NCBI GenBank assembly: GCA_964465395.1 | Contig: CAYXIN010000001.1 | Coordinates: forward strand, 5,065-69,064 | Length of the DNA: 64,000 nucleotides | Direction of reading: 5' to 3' | From: an uncultured Oscillospiraceae bacterium | GTDB lineage: Bacteria; Bacillota; Clostridia; Oscillospirales; Oscillospiraceae | Shown: positions 39,905-50,530 of the stretch, piece by piece | How positions within the stretch are numbered: the first letter of the stretch is position 1 | How the letters are laid out: each line of letters begins with the position of its first letter | The notes under the pieces: model-generated | Told to the model about the DNA's origin: nothing | What the model saw: the letters and a program-made list of their open reading frames with translations, nothing else | The model's database searches: none | Program-made: the position numbers and the translations under genes

Positions 39905-41622
39905 CAGTCGTCCTCCGGGTCGGAGGGATCATAGTTGACAATCACGTTGTAGGCCGTCAGCGCCGAGACCTCCTTGACGCTGGTGCCAAAGGCGTTGACC
40001 TGCACCAGCAGCGGACAGGTTTGCAGGCACTCGATATCCTCGAGCTCCTCATTATAGTCCACATCCACATAGGTCAGCTCCGCCTGCCCGGACAGGGCGG
40101 AAATATCCGTCAGGCGGTTATAGGCGGCATAGAACTGCTGCAAATGCGTGGCGGCGGAGAACTCCGGCAGCGCCTCGACCGCATTATGGCTGAAATCCAG
40201 ATAGTGGAGTGCGGGCAGATTGCCGACCACGTCAAGCTCGGTCAGGTCATTATCCGCGACGCTCAGGTGGCTCAGCTTCAGGCAGGCCGAGAGCGGACGG
40301 ATGCTGGCAATGGCATTGTTATCCGCGACCAGCTTCTCAAGCTGCGTCATGCCGCGCAGTGCGTCCAGCCCGGCGATGCGGTTGCCGCTCAGCTCCAGCT
40401 CGCGCATGGCCACGCAGTCCGCCAGCGCATCCACGCTGCTGACGTCGTTGTCGGTCAGGGAGAGGTGCGTCAGCTCTGTCAGCCCGGACAGGGCGGACAG
40501 ATCGGAGATGGCGTTGCGGCTCAGGTCGGCCTGCGTCAGCGCGCTGTAGTTGGAAAGAACACCAATATTGGTCAGGCTGTTATCCGAAAGATCCAGCACC
40601 GTGATGGCCGTGGTCTGCGCCAGGGGGAGAATGTTCGACAGGCCGCAGCCGCGCAGCCGAAGCGTCTGAAGCTGCGTCAGCGTGCCGATGGCCTCCAGGG
40701 TCTGCGCGGAGATCAGAGAGCCGGAAAGATCCAGCGTCCGCAGGCCGGTCAGCGCCGTCAGGAAGCTGTAGTCCTCGACGCTGCTGTTCTGGATGGTCAG
40801 AGAGGTCAGGCCGGTCAGGTAGCGCAGGTCGGTGTAATCCGTGACCGTCTCGGGGACGGTCAGCTCCGCAAGATCCCAGAGATCACTGCTGCGCACGGGC
40901 GCACTGTCCGGCAGATAGAGCTGCTCACGCAGCAGCGCCTCCAGCTCCGGGCTGGCAAAGGAGATTTCCTCAACCACGCCGACGATGCAATACTCCGCCG
41001 TCGTGAGCGCGCTGACCAGGCCATCGTCGCTCACGGCGATGGCCGTGACGGTGGTGTCGCCCGCGCTCAGGGGCACCGGCTCGGTGTAGACCGTGCGGCT
41101 GAGGCTGGGATACTCCTCGTCGAGCGAATAGCAGACGGTAAGCCCGGCGGCTGTCTCCACGCTGACGCTGAGATAGGTGTCATACTCCCCGCTCTCCGGC
41201 GAAAGCACCGGCGCAGCCGGGCGCATGGCATCAATCCGGCTGCGGATTGATGCATCCGCAACGCCGCTGAGAAGCTGCTCGGCATCCATCAGCTTATCCT
41301 GCGCAACATAGAGGCGGGACAGCGCCAGATAGAGCTCCAGCTCCGGATTGGAGCGGATGGCGTTGACCAGCGCACGCTCGGCGCGGGTATAGCTGCCGCA
41401 TTGCAGGCTGGCCTCGGAGAGGGAGAGGGCATAGTCCGTGTGCTCCGGCGCAAGGGAAAGGGCTTTATTATAGTATTCCGCCGCCTTCTCATACTTTCCG
41501 GCGGCCATTTGCCTGTCGGCATACTGCGCAAGGTTCTCGGGCGTCCAGAGGAAATACAGCAGGCCGAGAACGACCGCCGCCAGCGCGACCAGAACCAGCA
41601 GGACAATCAATGCTTTTTTCAT
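39904..41622 (-). CDS. Membrane-anchored TPR + FN3-associated + internalin-type LRR protein
   Basis: N-terminal TM; TPR-like helices; P.LSPESGEY..YSLD..Y.EP.L..GDTTV.AIA; tandem LxxLxLxxNxIxDIxxL repeats. Confidence 0.8.
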   Translation of the reverse strand: MKKALIVLLVLVALAAVVLGLLYFLWTPENLAQYADRQMAAGKYEKAAEYYNKALSLAPEHTDYALSLSEASLQCGSYTRAERALVNAIRSNPELELYLALSRLYVAQDKLMDAEQLLSGVADASIRSRIDAMRPAAPVLSPESGEYDTYLSVSVETAAGLTVCYSLDEEYPSLSRTVYTEPVPLSAGDTTVTAIAVSDDGLVSALTTAEYCIVGVVEEISFASPELEALLREQLYLPDSAPVRSSDLWDLAELTVPETVTDYTDLRYLTGLTSLTIQNSSVEDYSFLTALTGLRTLDLSGSLISAQTLEAIGTLTQLQTLRLRGCGLSNILPLAQTTAITVLDLSDNSLTNIGVLSNYSALTQADLSRNAISDLSALSGLTELTHLSLTDNDVSSVDALADCVAMRELELSGNRIAGLDALRGMTQLEKLVADNNAIASIRPLSACLKLSHLSVADNDLTELDVVGNLPALHYLDFSHNAVEALPEFSAATHLQQFYAAYNRLTDISALSGQAELTYVDVDYNEELEDIECLQTCPLLVQVNAFGTSVKEVSALTAYNVIVNYDPSDPEDD

Positions 41623-41775
41623 GTTACAAAGCTCCTGGTTACAATAGTTACAATCTTCCGCTGCCATTATACCGCGTCAGCCCGGAGAAGTCAACCAGAA
41701 AGCCGATTTTTGCCGCCGGAGGGCGCAGAGGCGCGCATTTCGGCGCAGCCCCGCAAAAAAAGCGGCGCGGGACTC

Positions 41776-41804
41776 TTGACGCGCAGGAGGTTGGGCGCTA
41801 TAAT
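41776..41804 (+). promoter_or_regulatory. SigA promoter of the marR-MATE operon
   Basis: TTGACG-N17-TATAAT. Confidence 0.7.
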
Positions 41805-41845
41805 CCTCCTTAGTCCGAAAAGAGACTGAGAGGGAGTGCATCAAA

Positions 41846-42289
41846 ATGGAAAAGGACGCCCTGCATCTGCTCAACCGTATCAACCAGGCAATCATCCAGT
41901 TCCGTGGCAGCTACGCGGCCTGGTCTGCGCAGCAGGGAATCAGCTATCACGCGCTGCTGGTGCTTTACACCCTGCGTGAGCAGGGCTGCTGCACGCAGAA
42001 GCAGCTCTGCGTGCGCTATCTGCTGCCGAAGCAGACAATTCACCACGTTTTTGCGCGGCTGCGCGCACAGGGGTTTCTGGTGCTGGACGAGGGCGCCGGG
42101 CAGGGGCGCGAGAAGCGCTTCGTGCTCACGCAGGCCGGGCAGCAGGCCGCCGCGCCGCTGCTGGCGGCGCTTGACCGCGTGGAGAGCCGCGCGCTGGCGC
42201 AGATGGGCGAGGAAAAGCTGCGGCTGCTGACGACGCTGCTGCTGGAATACGGCAGCGCGCTGCGTCAGGCGGCAGAGGTGGCGCAATGA
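41846..42289 (+). CDS. MarR-family regulator
   Basis: CTQKQLC..LPKQTIHH..L..QG.L..REKRFVLTQAG. Confidence 0.88.
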   Translation: MEKDALHLLNRINQAIIQFRGSYAAWSAQQGISYHALLVLYTLREQGCCTQKQLCVRYLLPKQTIHHVFARLRAQGFLVLDEGAGQGREKRFVLTQAGQQAAAPLLAALDRVESRALAQMGEEKLRLLTTLLLEYGSALRQAAEVAQ

Positions 42290-43689
42290 GCACGGCGGCG
42301 ATGAGCGCGCAATTCGGCACGGAGAAAATCAGCCGCCTGCTGCTGCGCCTGGCCCCGCCGGTTATGCTGGCGCAGTTGATTCAGGCGCTCTACAACATCA
42401 TCGACAGCTTTTTTGTGGGTCGCTACGCCGCCTCGGGGCAGACCGCGCTGTCCATCATCTATCCGGTGCAGCTTCTGATGATTGCGCTGGCGGTCGGCAG
42501 CGGCGTCGGCATCAACACACTGATGGCCGCGCGGCTGGGCGCGGGCGCGCGAAAGGCGGCGCAGGACTGCGCCGGTGTGGGGACGCTGCTGGGGCTTGGG
42601 CTGTGGCTGCTGTTCGCGGGCGTCTGCTGGGCCATTATGCCGGCCTATGCGCGTATGTCCACCGGCTCGGAGGCGGTCATCCGGGACATCATCGTCTACG
42701 GCAGGATTGTCTACGTGGGCAGCGTCGGACTGTTTCTGGAGAGCATCTGGAGCAAGGTGCTCCAGGCGGAGGGCGACATGAAAACGCCGATGCTGGCGCA
42801 GATTTTCGGCGCGCTGACCAACATTGTGCTCGACCCCCTGCTGATCTTCGGCCTGCTGGGGCTGCCGGAGCTGGGCATCGGCGGTGCAGCCATTGCGACG
42901 GTTGCCGGGCAATGCGTGGCCGCGCTGGTTGTGCTGCGGAAGGGCTGGCGCAGATCGCCCGCGCTGCGGGCCTATCCGCGGGAGCTGGCGGGGATTTTTC
43001 GCATGGGCGTGCCGAATATTCTGATGCAATCCGCCTACACCTTTTATATTCTGGGGTTGAATCTGATTCTGGCGACCTTCTGCGACGAGGCGGTCACGGC
43101 GCTGGGGCTCTACTACAAGTGGCAGACCTTCTTTTTCATCCCGCTGAGCGCCATGCAGACCTGCATCGTGCCGCTGGTCAGCTACAATTATGCAGCGCGG
43201 CGCCTCGACCGCTGCCAGCGGACGCTGGCAACGGCAATTGGCTTCGGGCTGGCGCTGATGGCGGTCGGGACGCTCTGCTTTGTGCTGTTTCCGGGGCCGA
43301 TGCTGCGGGTATTTACCACGGATGCAAGGGTTGTGGAGATTGGCTGCGTCGCTTTCCGCCCGATTGGGCTGAGCTTTCTGCCGATGGTCACGTCGCTGAC
43401 CTTCCCGGTGTTTTTTCAGGCAGCGGGCGCCGGTCTGAAAAGCTCACTGCTGACCGCGCTAAGGACGGTGGTGCTGTTTGTGCCGCTGGGCTATCTGTTC
43501 TCGCGCCTCGGTCTGCCATATTTCTGGCTGACCTTCCCCGTGACGGAGCTGGTGACAAGCCTGGCGGGGCTGCTGCTTTACCGCCGCTTTCTCAGGCAGA
43601 GCCGGAGTCGGCTCGCATTTCATAAGCTAACAGGGGCGCATGGAACAGCCATGCGCCCCTGCTGCTGCAAAAAGCCCGCCGCCGGATGA
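42286..43689 (+). CDS. MATE efflux transporter
   Basis: PVMLAQLIQALYNIIDSFFVG, AEGDMKTPM, NIVLDPLLIFG; about 12 TM segments. Confidence 0.92.
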   Translation: MSTAAMSAQFGTEKISRLLLRLAPPVMLAQLIQALYNIIDSFFVGRYAASGQTALSIIYPVQLLMIALAVGSGVGINTLMAARLGAGARKAAQDCAGVGTLLGLGLWLLFAGVCWAIMPAYARMSTGSEAVIRDIIVYGRIVYVGSVGLFLESIWSKVLQAEGDMKTPMLAQIFGALTNIVLDPLLIFGLLGLPELGIGGAAIATVAGQCVAALVVLRKGWRRSPALRAYPRELAGIFRMGVPNILMQSAYTFYILGLNLILATFCDEAVTALGLYYKWQTFFFIPLSAMQTCIVPLVSYNYAARRLDRCQRTLATAIGFGLALMAVGTLCFVLFPGPMLRVFTTDARVVEIGCVAFRPIGLSFLPMVTSLTFPVFFQAAGAGLKSSLLTALRTVVLFVPLGYLFSRLGLPYFWLTFPVTELVTSLAGLLLYRRFLRQSRSRLAFHKLTGAHGTAMRPCCCKKPAAG

Positions 43690-43711
43690 CCGGCAGCGGG
43701 CAGGAATGGGC

Positions 43712-44752
43712 TTATTGCGTCAGCTTGCGCACCTCGTCAATCAGGGAGAGAACCTCCTCGCGGGTCGTAGACCAGCTCGTGGAGAAGCGAACCACGTCGT
43801 GGTTATGGCCGAAATTCTCCCAGACATTGAAGTTGACCGTCTCGCGCAGCTTGGCCGTCGCAGACTTATGCATGATGACAAACTGGAGGTTGGTGCTCGT
43901 GTCAACATAGAACCAGCAGCCCAGCTCCAGCAGGCCGCGCTTGAGCTCCATCGCCAGATCGACCGCATGGCGACCCAGCTCAAAATAGAGGTTATCGGTA
44001 AAGAGCGCGTCGAACTGCACGCTGAGGATGCGGCCCTTGGCCAGCATCGCGCCATGGTGCTTGACGATGGTGGGGAACTGCTTGGGCATGTTGCCCTTGG
44101 TGAAAACCACAGCCTCGCCGCACAGCGCGCCCATCTTGGTGCCGCCAATGTAGAAGGCGTCGCAGTATTCCGCGATCATGGGCAGGGTCACGTCGGTCTT
44201 GGGGCTCATGAGGCCATAGCCCAGGCGCGCGCCATCGAGATAGAGCGGGATGCCAAATTCATGGCAGACATCGGAGACGGCCTTCAGCTCAGCGGCGGTG
44301 TAGAGCGTGCCGAACTCAGTCGGGTGCGTGATGTAGACCATGCCAGGGTGAACCATGTGCGAAAGGTTGTCGTCACTGAAGCAGTTTTGCAGATAGACGC
44401 GCAGCTCCGCGCCGGAAAGCTTGCCCTCGTGGTGCGGCAGCGTGAGCACCTTATGGCCGGTGTATTCAATGGCACCGGCCTCGTGGCCCGCGATATGCGC
44501 CGTGTCTGCGGAAACCACGCCCTCAAAGGAGCGCAGCAGCGTAGAGATGACGATGGCGTTGGTCTGCGTGCCGCCCGTGAGGAAATAGACATCCGCATTG
44601 GGACACTGACAGGCCGCGCGAATCTTGTCGCCTGCGCGCTTCCAGTAATAATCCGTACCGTAACCGGGCAAATGCTCCAGATTGCTGCGTTCCAGCGCCT
44701 CCATAACCTTGGGGTGGGCGCCTGCTACATAATCGCACTCAAAAGATAACAT
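43712..44752 (-). CDS. Low-specificity L-threonine aldolase (PLP)
   Basis: FECDY.AGAHP, LTGGTQTN, HEAGAIE, LDGARL, IGGTKMG. Confidence 0.88.
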   Translation of the reverse strand: MLSFECDYVAGAHPKVMEALERSNLEHLPGYGTDYYWKRAGDKIRAACQCPNADVYFLTGGTQTNAIVISTLLRSFEGVVSADTAHIAGHEAGAIEYTGHKVLTLPHHEGKLSGAELRVYLQNCFSDDNLSHMVHPGMVYITHPTEFGTLYTAAELKAVSDVCHEFGIPLYLDGARLGYGLMSPKTDVTLPMIAEYCDAFYIGGTKMGALCGEAVVFTKGNMPKQFPTIVKHHGAMLAKGRILSVQFDALFTDNLYFELGRHAVDLAMELKRGLLELGCWFYVDTSTNLQFVIMHKSATAKLRETVNFNVWENFGHNHDVVRFSTSWSTTREEVLSLIDEVRKLTQ

Positions 44753-46143
44753 TACGTTGTTTCCTCCTGTTTTCCCCGTCCGCTCCGCTCAAAGGCGTGC
44801 AGCCAGTCAGACTTGAAATAGAAGATCAAATATAGGATGCTGCTGACCGTCCAGGTCAGCGGATAAGCAACGAAAATAACCCAGCTCTCATTGACGAGCG
44901 GAACCATCACCGAGATGAAAATAACACGCAGCACGCACCAGCAGCCCAGCATCACCAGCATGGGCACCATCGGCCGGCCGGCACCGCGCAAAATGGCGGC
45001 GATGCAATGCGAAAGCGCCAGGCAGCAGAAGAACAGCGACTCCACCTGCGCCTGCCGGATGCCGACCTTGACCGCGTCCGGGTTCTCCGGCATGAAGAGC
45101 TGCATGAGCGGCTCGGCAAAGACCACCAGAATGACGCCGATCACCTCGGCCATGATGATGGCGCAGAGCAGGCCGAAGCGCGTGCCCTTCTTCGTGCGCT
45201 CATACTGCTTTGCGCCGAGGTTCTGGCTGACGAAGGTCGTCAGCGCCATGGTGAAGCAGTTGATGGGCAGGAACGCGAAGCCCTCCAGCTTGGCATAGGT
45301 GCCGCAGCCGGCGACCGTCGCGGGGCCAAAGCCATTGATGTTGGTCTGCACGATGACATTGGCGAAGGAGATGATGGAGTTCTGGATGCCGGAGGGCAGA
45401 CCATAGCGGATGATCTCCCACATATGCGGCCAGCTCACGCGCATCTCGCGCCACTTGAGCTGATAATCCGAAGGGTAGTGGAACAGGCGGTAGAGGCACA
45501 GGAACATGCTCACAAACTGCGAGATGGTGGTGGCCAGCGCCGCCGACCAGACGCCCCAGTGGAAGACGCCGATAAAGAGACAGTCCAGAGCGACGTTCAG
45601 AAGGGAGGAGAAAATCAGGTAGTAAAGCGGGTGCTCACTGTCGCCAACGGCGCGCAGCACGCCCATGCAGAGGTTATACATGCAGATGGCCAGGCCGCCA
45701 AGGAAATACATCTGAAAATACTGCTTGGAGAAGGGCATCAGCTCGGCGGGCGTATTCATCCACTTCAGAAGCAGCGGCGTCATCGTCACGCCCAGCACCG
45801 TCATGAGAATGCCGGCGGCAAAGCCGAAGATCACCGTCGTGTGGATGGATTTGCGCAGCGAGTCGATATCCTGCGCGCCGTAGTAGCGGGCAATGACAAC
45901 GCCCGCGCCCACGGCAATGCCGCTGAAGAAGCCCACCAGCATAAAGACCAGGCTGCCGGTGGAGGTTACAGCGGCATAGGCATTGTCACTCAGAAAGCGG
46001 CCGACGATGAAGGCGTCGGCGGTGTTATAAAGCTGCTGAAAAATCTGCCCCAGAAGAATGGGCATTGCAAAATAAAGCAGGCCCTTCCAGATCGAGCCCT
46101 CAAGGAGCCGTTCCTTTTGTCCTGCGGTGCCATGTTGTCTCAT
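44752..46143 (-). CDS. MATE efflux transporter
   Basis: PILLGQIFQQLYNTADAFIVG, LRAVGDS..PL, NVALDCLFI. Confidence 0.92.
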   Translation of the reverse strand: MRQHGTAGQKERLLEGSIWKGLLYFAMPILLGQIFQQLYNTADAFIVGRFLSDNAYAAVTSTGSLVFMLVGFFSGIAVGAGVVIARYYGAQDIDSLRKSIHTTVIFGFAAGILMTVLGVTMTPLLLKWMNTPAELMPFSKQYFQMYFLGGLAICMYNLCMGVLRAVGDSEHPLYYLIFSSLLNVALDCLFIGVFHWGVWSAALATTISQFVSMFLCLYRLFHYPSDYQLKWREMRVSWPHMWEIIRYGLPSGIQNSIISFANVIVQTNINGFGPATVAGCGTYAKLEGFAFLPINCFTMALTTFVSQNLGAKQYERTKKGTRFGLLCAIIMAEVIGVILVVFAEPLMQLFMPENPDAVKVGIRQAQVESLFFCCLALSHCIAAILRGAGRPMVPMLVMLGCWCVLRVIFISVMVPLVNESWVIFVAYPLTWTVSSILYLIFYFKSDWLHAFERSGRGKQEETT

Positions 46144-46322
46144 AATTCCATCTCTTATCTCTTATTTTCGGTTATTATAACATTTCCTGTGCGACAAGTC
46201 AATGACCCCCGGAAGTGTCCGGCTAAAAAAAAGCGCGGATTCTGGCGGCGCAGAAAAGCCCCCGCAGGGCCGGCGACAGGCTTGCGGCTCTGCGGGGGCT
46301 GGCAGTTCGGGCAGGGAGGCGG

Positions 46323-46724
46323 TCAGCTCCGGCGGGTATTCTCCTGATTGCGGTAGACCACAAGCTTGCTGAACAGGAATTCCAGAACAAAATTGGCCAC
46401 CATGGTCATGGCCAGGACGAGATATTCATTCACGCCCGACTGCTCCGCCAGATTGCCCAGCCAGGTGGACAGCGGCGTGAAAACCAGGTAGAAGCCGAGA
46501 ATTTTGAGCATCGCGATGGGTACATTGGCGGCAGACTGGAAGGTAAAGCGGCGGTTAAAGGTGAAATTCCAGACGATGGAGAGCAACAGCGAGATCAGAT
46601 AGGCCGGCCAGTAGGAGAAATGCGCCAGCTCATTGAGCAGAGTGAAGCTGCCGATCTGGATCAGCCCCGCCGAGATGGAAAAGAGTGTGAATTTAATCGC
46701 CTGTAAGACAGCGGTTTTGTTCAT
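46323..46724 (-). CDS. GtrA-family membrane protein
   Basis: IKFTLFSISAG..WNFTFNRRFTF; four TM segments. Confidence 0.82.
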   Translation of the reverse strand: MNKTAVLQAIKFTLFSISAGLIQIGSFTLLNELAHFSYWPAYLISLLLSIVWNFTFNRRFTFQSAANVPIAMLKILGFYLVFTPLSTWLGNLAEQSGVNEYLVLAMTMVANFVLEFLFSKLVVYRNQENTRRS

Positions 46725-46801
46725 GGCACAGCCTCCGTTTCTTTTTTCTCATTATAGCAGAGGGGCTGCACCACGTCAAGGGCGCGCAGACAGCAAAAAA
46801 G

Positions 46802-46830
46802 AGGTCGCGTGTCACAGGGACACGCGACCT
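46802..46830 (-). terminator. Terminator after ilvE
   Basis: AGGTCGCGTGTC-ACAGG-GACACGCGACCT with A6 on the plus side (U-tract on minus). Confidence 0.75.
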
Positions 46831-46844
46831 TCTTTCTACGGTTT

Positions 46845-47918
46845 TCAGGAGAGCTTCTCGATCCAGCCATAGGGATCGGGGCGGTCGCCGCGCTGGATTC
46901 CGACAAGGGTGTCATAAATCTTCTGCGCAACGGGGCCGATCTTGCCTTCGCTCAGGATCATGCTTCTGTCATGGTAGTCAAGCTGGCCGACGGGGGAGAT
47001 GACGGCGGCGGTGCCGGTGCCGAAGGCCTCGGTGAAGGTGCCGTTGTCATACGCCTCGAAGAGCTCCTCGACGCTGATGGGACGCACCTCTGTCTCAAGA
47101 CCGAGGTCTGCGGCCATCTCCAGGATGCTCTTGCGGGTGATGCCGGGCAGGACGCTGCCGATGGTGGGGGCGGTGAGGATCTTGCCGTCGATGACGAACA
47201 TCATGTTCATCGCGCCGACCTCCTCGACATACTTGTTATGGCGGCCATCGAGCCAGAGCACCTGGTCATAGCCCTTCTTGCCGGCCTCGTAAGCGGCCTT
47301 CAGGGAGGCAGCGTAGTTGCCGCCGGTCTTGGCTTCACCGGTGCCGCCAAGGACGGCACGGACATAATGATCCTCGATGTGGATCTTCACGGGCGCCATG
47401 CCGTTCTTATAGTAAGAACCGGCCGGGGAGCAGATGATGTAATACAGATAGCGGTGCGCGGCGTGGACACCCAGCTCCGAGCCGTCTGCGATCATCGTCG
47501 GGCGCAGGTAGAGAGAGGTACCCTCGCGATGCGGCACCCAGTCCTGCTCCAGCTCGACGAGCATCTTCATGGCCTTGAGCTGGAAGTTCTCGTCCAGTTC
47601 CGGCATACACATACGCGCGGCGCTGCGGTTCATGCGGCGGGCATTCTCCAGCGGGCGGAAGAGCTGCAAGCCGCCGTCAGCGCGGCGATAGGCCTTCATG
47701 CCCTCAAAGATCTCCTGCGCATAGTGCAGGACGGGAGAGGCGGGGTCAATGGCCAGGGGGCCATAGGGCTGAATTCTGGCATCATGCCAGCCCTTGCCCT
47801 CGTCATACTCCACGATGAACATATGATCCGTGAACAGCTTGCCAAAGCCCAGCGTGCTCTCATCCGCAGGCTTGGTCTTGGGCGTGGCAGTCCGGATGAC
47901 GGAAATATCAAGATCCAA
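46845..47918 (-). CDS. ilvE: Branched-chain amino acid aminotransferase
   Basis: LGFGKLFTDHMF, LHYAQEIFEGMKAY, AKTGGNYA, EEVGAMN, FGTGTAAVISP. Confidence 0.96.
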   Translation of the reverse strand: MDLDISVIRTATPKTKPADESTLGFGKLFTDHMFIVEYDEGKGWHDARIQPYGPLAIDPASPVLHYAQEIFEGMKAYRRADGGLQLFRPLENARRMNRSAARMCMPELDENFQLKAMKMLVELEQDWVPHREGTSLYLRPTMIADGSELGVHAAHRYLYYIICSPAGSYYKNGMAPVKIHIEDHYVRAVLGGTGEAKTGGNYAASLKAAYEAGKKGYDQVLWLDGRHNKYVEEVGAMNMMFVIDGKILTAPTIGSVLPGITRKSILEMAADLGLETEVRPISVEELFEAYDNGTFTEAFGTGTAAVISPVGQLDYHDRSMILSEGKIGPVAQKIYDTLVGIQRGDRPDPYGWIEKLS

Positions 47919-47942
47919 AGCAAATACCTCTTTTCTTAACGT

Positions 47943-48482
47943 TTAATTCTGGACGCAGGCCGCGCCGCGGCGCAGGGCCTCGATATTCAGATCCACAAGC
48001 TTGGCCTTGGGGCCGGTGAACATATGCACGAGCATCTCCTTGATGGTCTCGACGCCCAGGTTCTTCATGGCCTCGATGTAGGCGCCCAGCATGACCATGT
48101 TGGCAACCTTGGCATTGCCCAGCTCATTGGCGATGTCCAGGCAGGGCACATAGATGGCCTTGACGTCGGTGCGCTGCACCTTCTCGGTGATGATGGAGCT
48201 GTTGACAAAGACGGTGCCGTTGGCAACCACCGTGGGCTCGAATTTCACCAGCGAGGGCAGGTTCATGGCGATGAGCTCGGTCGGCTCGAGAATGATGGGG
48301 CAGATGATGGGCTCAGTGGAGATGACGACGGAGCAGTTGGCCGTGCCGCCGCGCATTTCGGGGCCGTAGGAGGGCAGCCAGGAGACATCCTTGCCTTCCT
48401 TCATGCCGGCCTCTGCCAGCGATTTGCCGATGGCCATAACACCCTGTCCGCCGAAGCCGGCGATCATAATTTCATTGGTCAT
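47943..48482 (-). CDS. 2-oxoacid:ferredoxin oxidoreductase gamma subunit (VOR-like)
   Basis: IAGFGGQGVM, PSYGPEMRGGTANC. Confidence 0.92.
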   Translation of the reverse strand: MTNEIMIAGFGGQGVMAIGKSLAEAGMKEGKDVSWLPSYGPEMRGGTANCSVVISTEPIICPIILEPTELIAMNLPSLVKFEPTVVANGTVFVNSSIITEKVQRTDVKAIYVPCLDIANELGNAKVANMVMLGAYIEAMKNLGVETIKEMLVHMFTGPKAKLVDLNIEALRRGAACVQN

Positions 48483-48484
48483 GT

Positions 48485-49231
<747 letters not shown>

Positions 49232-49237
49232 TCTTTC

Positions 49238-50299
49238 TTACCTCCCGATTGCAGCCTTCGCAGCGGAGGCCACCTCGACGGGGGTGGGAACCACGCCACC
49301 GGCCTTGCCCACGAAGGACACAGGGCGGCAGCCCTCCAGCGCGATCTTAACGTCGTCGATCATCTGACCCATGCTCAGCTCCACGTCCACGACAGCCTTG
49401 ACGCTGTCCTGAGAGGCGGCGGCCTTCAGCGCCTTGCCGGGGAAGGGCCAGAGGGTGATGGGGCGCAGCATACCCGCCTTGATGCCATCCTTCTCCAGGA
49501 GCCTGATGGCTGCGCGGCAGACGCGGGAGGGCGTACCGTAAGCAACGAAGAGCACTTCGCAGCCCTCCGTGCCGATTTCCTCCCAGCGAACCTCGTTCTC
49601 CTCCATGGCCTTATACTTGGCGGCCAGGCGCTCGTTGTGCTCAGCGCAGACGTTCGGGTCGATGTACAGAGAGTTGATGACATTGGGCTTGCGCTGACCC
49701 TTGGTGCCGGTGGTGACCCAGGTCTTCTCGGGAAGCTCGCGCTTCTCGATCTCGCGCCACTCAATGGCCTCCATCATCTGGCCGATCATGCCGTCAGCCA
49801 GAATCATGACGGGGTTGCGGTACTGATCCGCAACGTCAAAGGCAAGCTGGACATAGTCGGCGGCCTCCTGAATGGTAGCCGGGGCATAGACCAGATGGCG
49901 ATAGTCGCCGTTGCCGCCGCCGCGGGTTGCCTGATAATAGTCACCCTGGGCGGGCTGGATGGTGCCAAGGCCGGGGCCGCCGCGCATCATGTTAACGATG
50001 ACTGCGGGCAGCTCTGCGCCGCACATGTAGGTGATGCCCTCCTGCTTCAGGGAGATTCCGGGAGAGGAGGAGGAGGTCATAACGCGCGCGCCGCAGCCGG
50101 CTGCGCCATAGACCATGTTGATTGCCGCAACCTCAGACTCCGCCTGAAGGAAGCAGCCGCCGATTTTCGGCAGATGCAGGGACAGATACTCGGGGATCTC
50201 GTTCTGCGGCGTGATGGGATAGCCGAAGAAGTATTTACAGCCCGCGCGGATCGCGGCCTCGGCAACTGCCTCGTTGCCCTTCCAAAGTTCTTTTGCCAT
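49238..50299 (-). CDS. 2-oxoacid:ferredoxin oxidoreductase alpha subunit (3-methyl-2-oxobutanoate dehydrogenase-like)
   Basis: KGNEAVAEAAI, GYPITPQNE, QAESEVAA, TSSSSPGISLKQE. Confidence 0.93.
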   Translation of the reverse strand: MAKELWKGNEAVAEAAIRAGCKYFFGYPITPQNEIPEYLSLHLPKIGGCFLQAESEVAAINMVYGAAGCGARVMTSSSSPGISLKQEGITYMCGAELPAVIVNMMRGGPGLGTIQPAQGDYYQATRGGGNGDYRHLVYAPATIQEAADYVQLAFDVADQYRNPVMILADGMIGQMMEAIEWREIEKRELPEKTWVTTGTKGQRKPNVINSLYIDPNVCAEHNERLAAKYKAMEENEVRWEEIGTEGCEVLFVAYGTPSRVCRAAIRLLEKDGIKAGMLRPITLWPFPGKALKAAASQDSVKAVVDVELSMGQMIDDVKIALEGCRPVSFVGKAGGVVPTPVEVASAAKAAIGR

Positions 50300-50311
50300 G
50301 CTCAGACCTCC

Positions 50312-50527
50312 TTAGACCCGTTCAACAGTGATGATGGAATCAGGACACATCTTGGCACAGCTTGCGCAGCCCACGCACTTGTCCATATCCTCGGGGCGTA
50401 CTGTGGCAGGGTGATATCCCTTGCGGTTGGTAGTCTCATCCATTACGATGATGTTCTTGGGGCAGACCAGCATGCAGAGCTCACAGCCCTTGCACCGGTC
50501 ACGCTGGAATGTTACGATTCCGGCCAT
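50312..50527 (-). CDS. 2x[4Fe-4S] ferredoxin (oxidoreductase delta subunit)
   Basis: CKGCELCMLVCP and CVGCASCAKMCP. Confidence 0.92.
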   Translation of the reverse strand: MAGIVTFQRDRCKGCELCMLVCPKNIIVMDETTNRKGYHPATVRPEDMDKCVGCASCAKMCPDSIITVERV

Positions 50528-50530
50528 GTT

